From Octopus bimaculoides (Eukaryota), in assembly GCF_001194135.2 (NCBI RefSeq), contig NC_068986.1, positions 6,295,260-6,359,259 on the forward strand: a DNA stretch of 64,000 bases, given 5' to 3'. Shown piece by piece: positions 63,956-64,000 of the stretch; positions within the stretch are counted from its first letter, which is position 1, and each line of letters opens with the position of its first letter. A program made the translations under genes and the position numbers. Below the pieces are notes generated by a model. That model was not told where the DNA came from. It searched no databases and saw nothing but the letters and a program-made list of their open reading frames with translations.

Positions 63956-64000
<45 letters not shown>

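Overview
AT-rich, repeat-saturated animal genomic DNA with many N gaps. It is most likely a coleoid cephalopod (octopus), inferred from the SINE families and the (TACA)n/(CA)n/(TA)n/(GAT)n/(AAT)n microsatellite load. No complete host gene is visible, only a few candidate plus-strand exons (best: 16126-16209). Most annotated ORFs are microsatellite or N-gap artefacts. Recognisable content: a Penelope-like RT open frame running off the window start; three hammerhead-bearing repeat families (two typical Penelope-type pLTRs, one at 23.3 kb); several R4/Dong-like REL retrotransposon pieces sitting in microsatellites; RTE, CR1-like and Ty3/gypsy fragments; mariner, Tc1, maT-like, hAT and piggyBac-type DNA elements; at least five tRNA-derived SINE families; and three unrelated long fold-back hairpins. 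The most unusual region is 20.47-23.35 kb: an RT-less, ORF1(gag)-only retroelement family in tandem and inverted copies, with an apparent shared target site about 60-80 bp upstream of a hammerhead ribozyme motif, and a 3' end shared with a major SINE. Second is 9.55-10.5 kb, a decayed ~300-codon minus-strand frame of unknown origin with a weak by-eye resemblance to a negative-strand RNA virus nucleoprotein. All translations and alignments were done by hand; coordinates of degenerate repeats are approximate.
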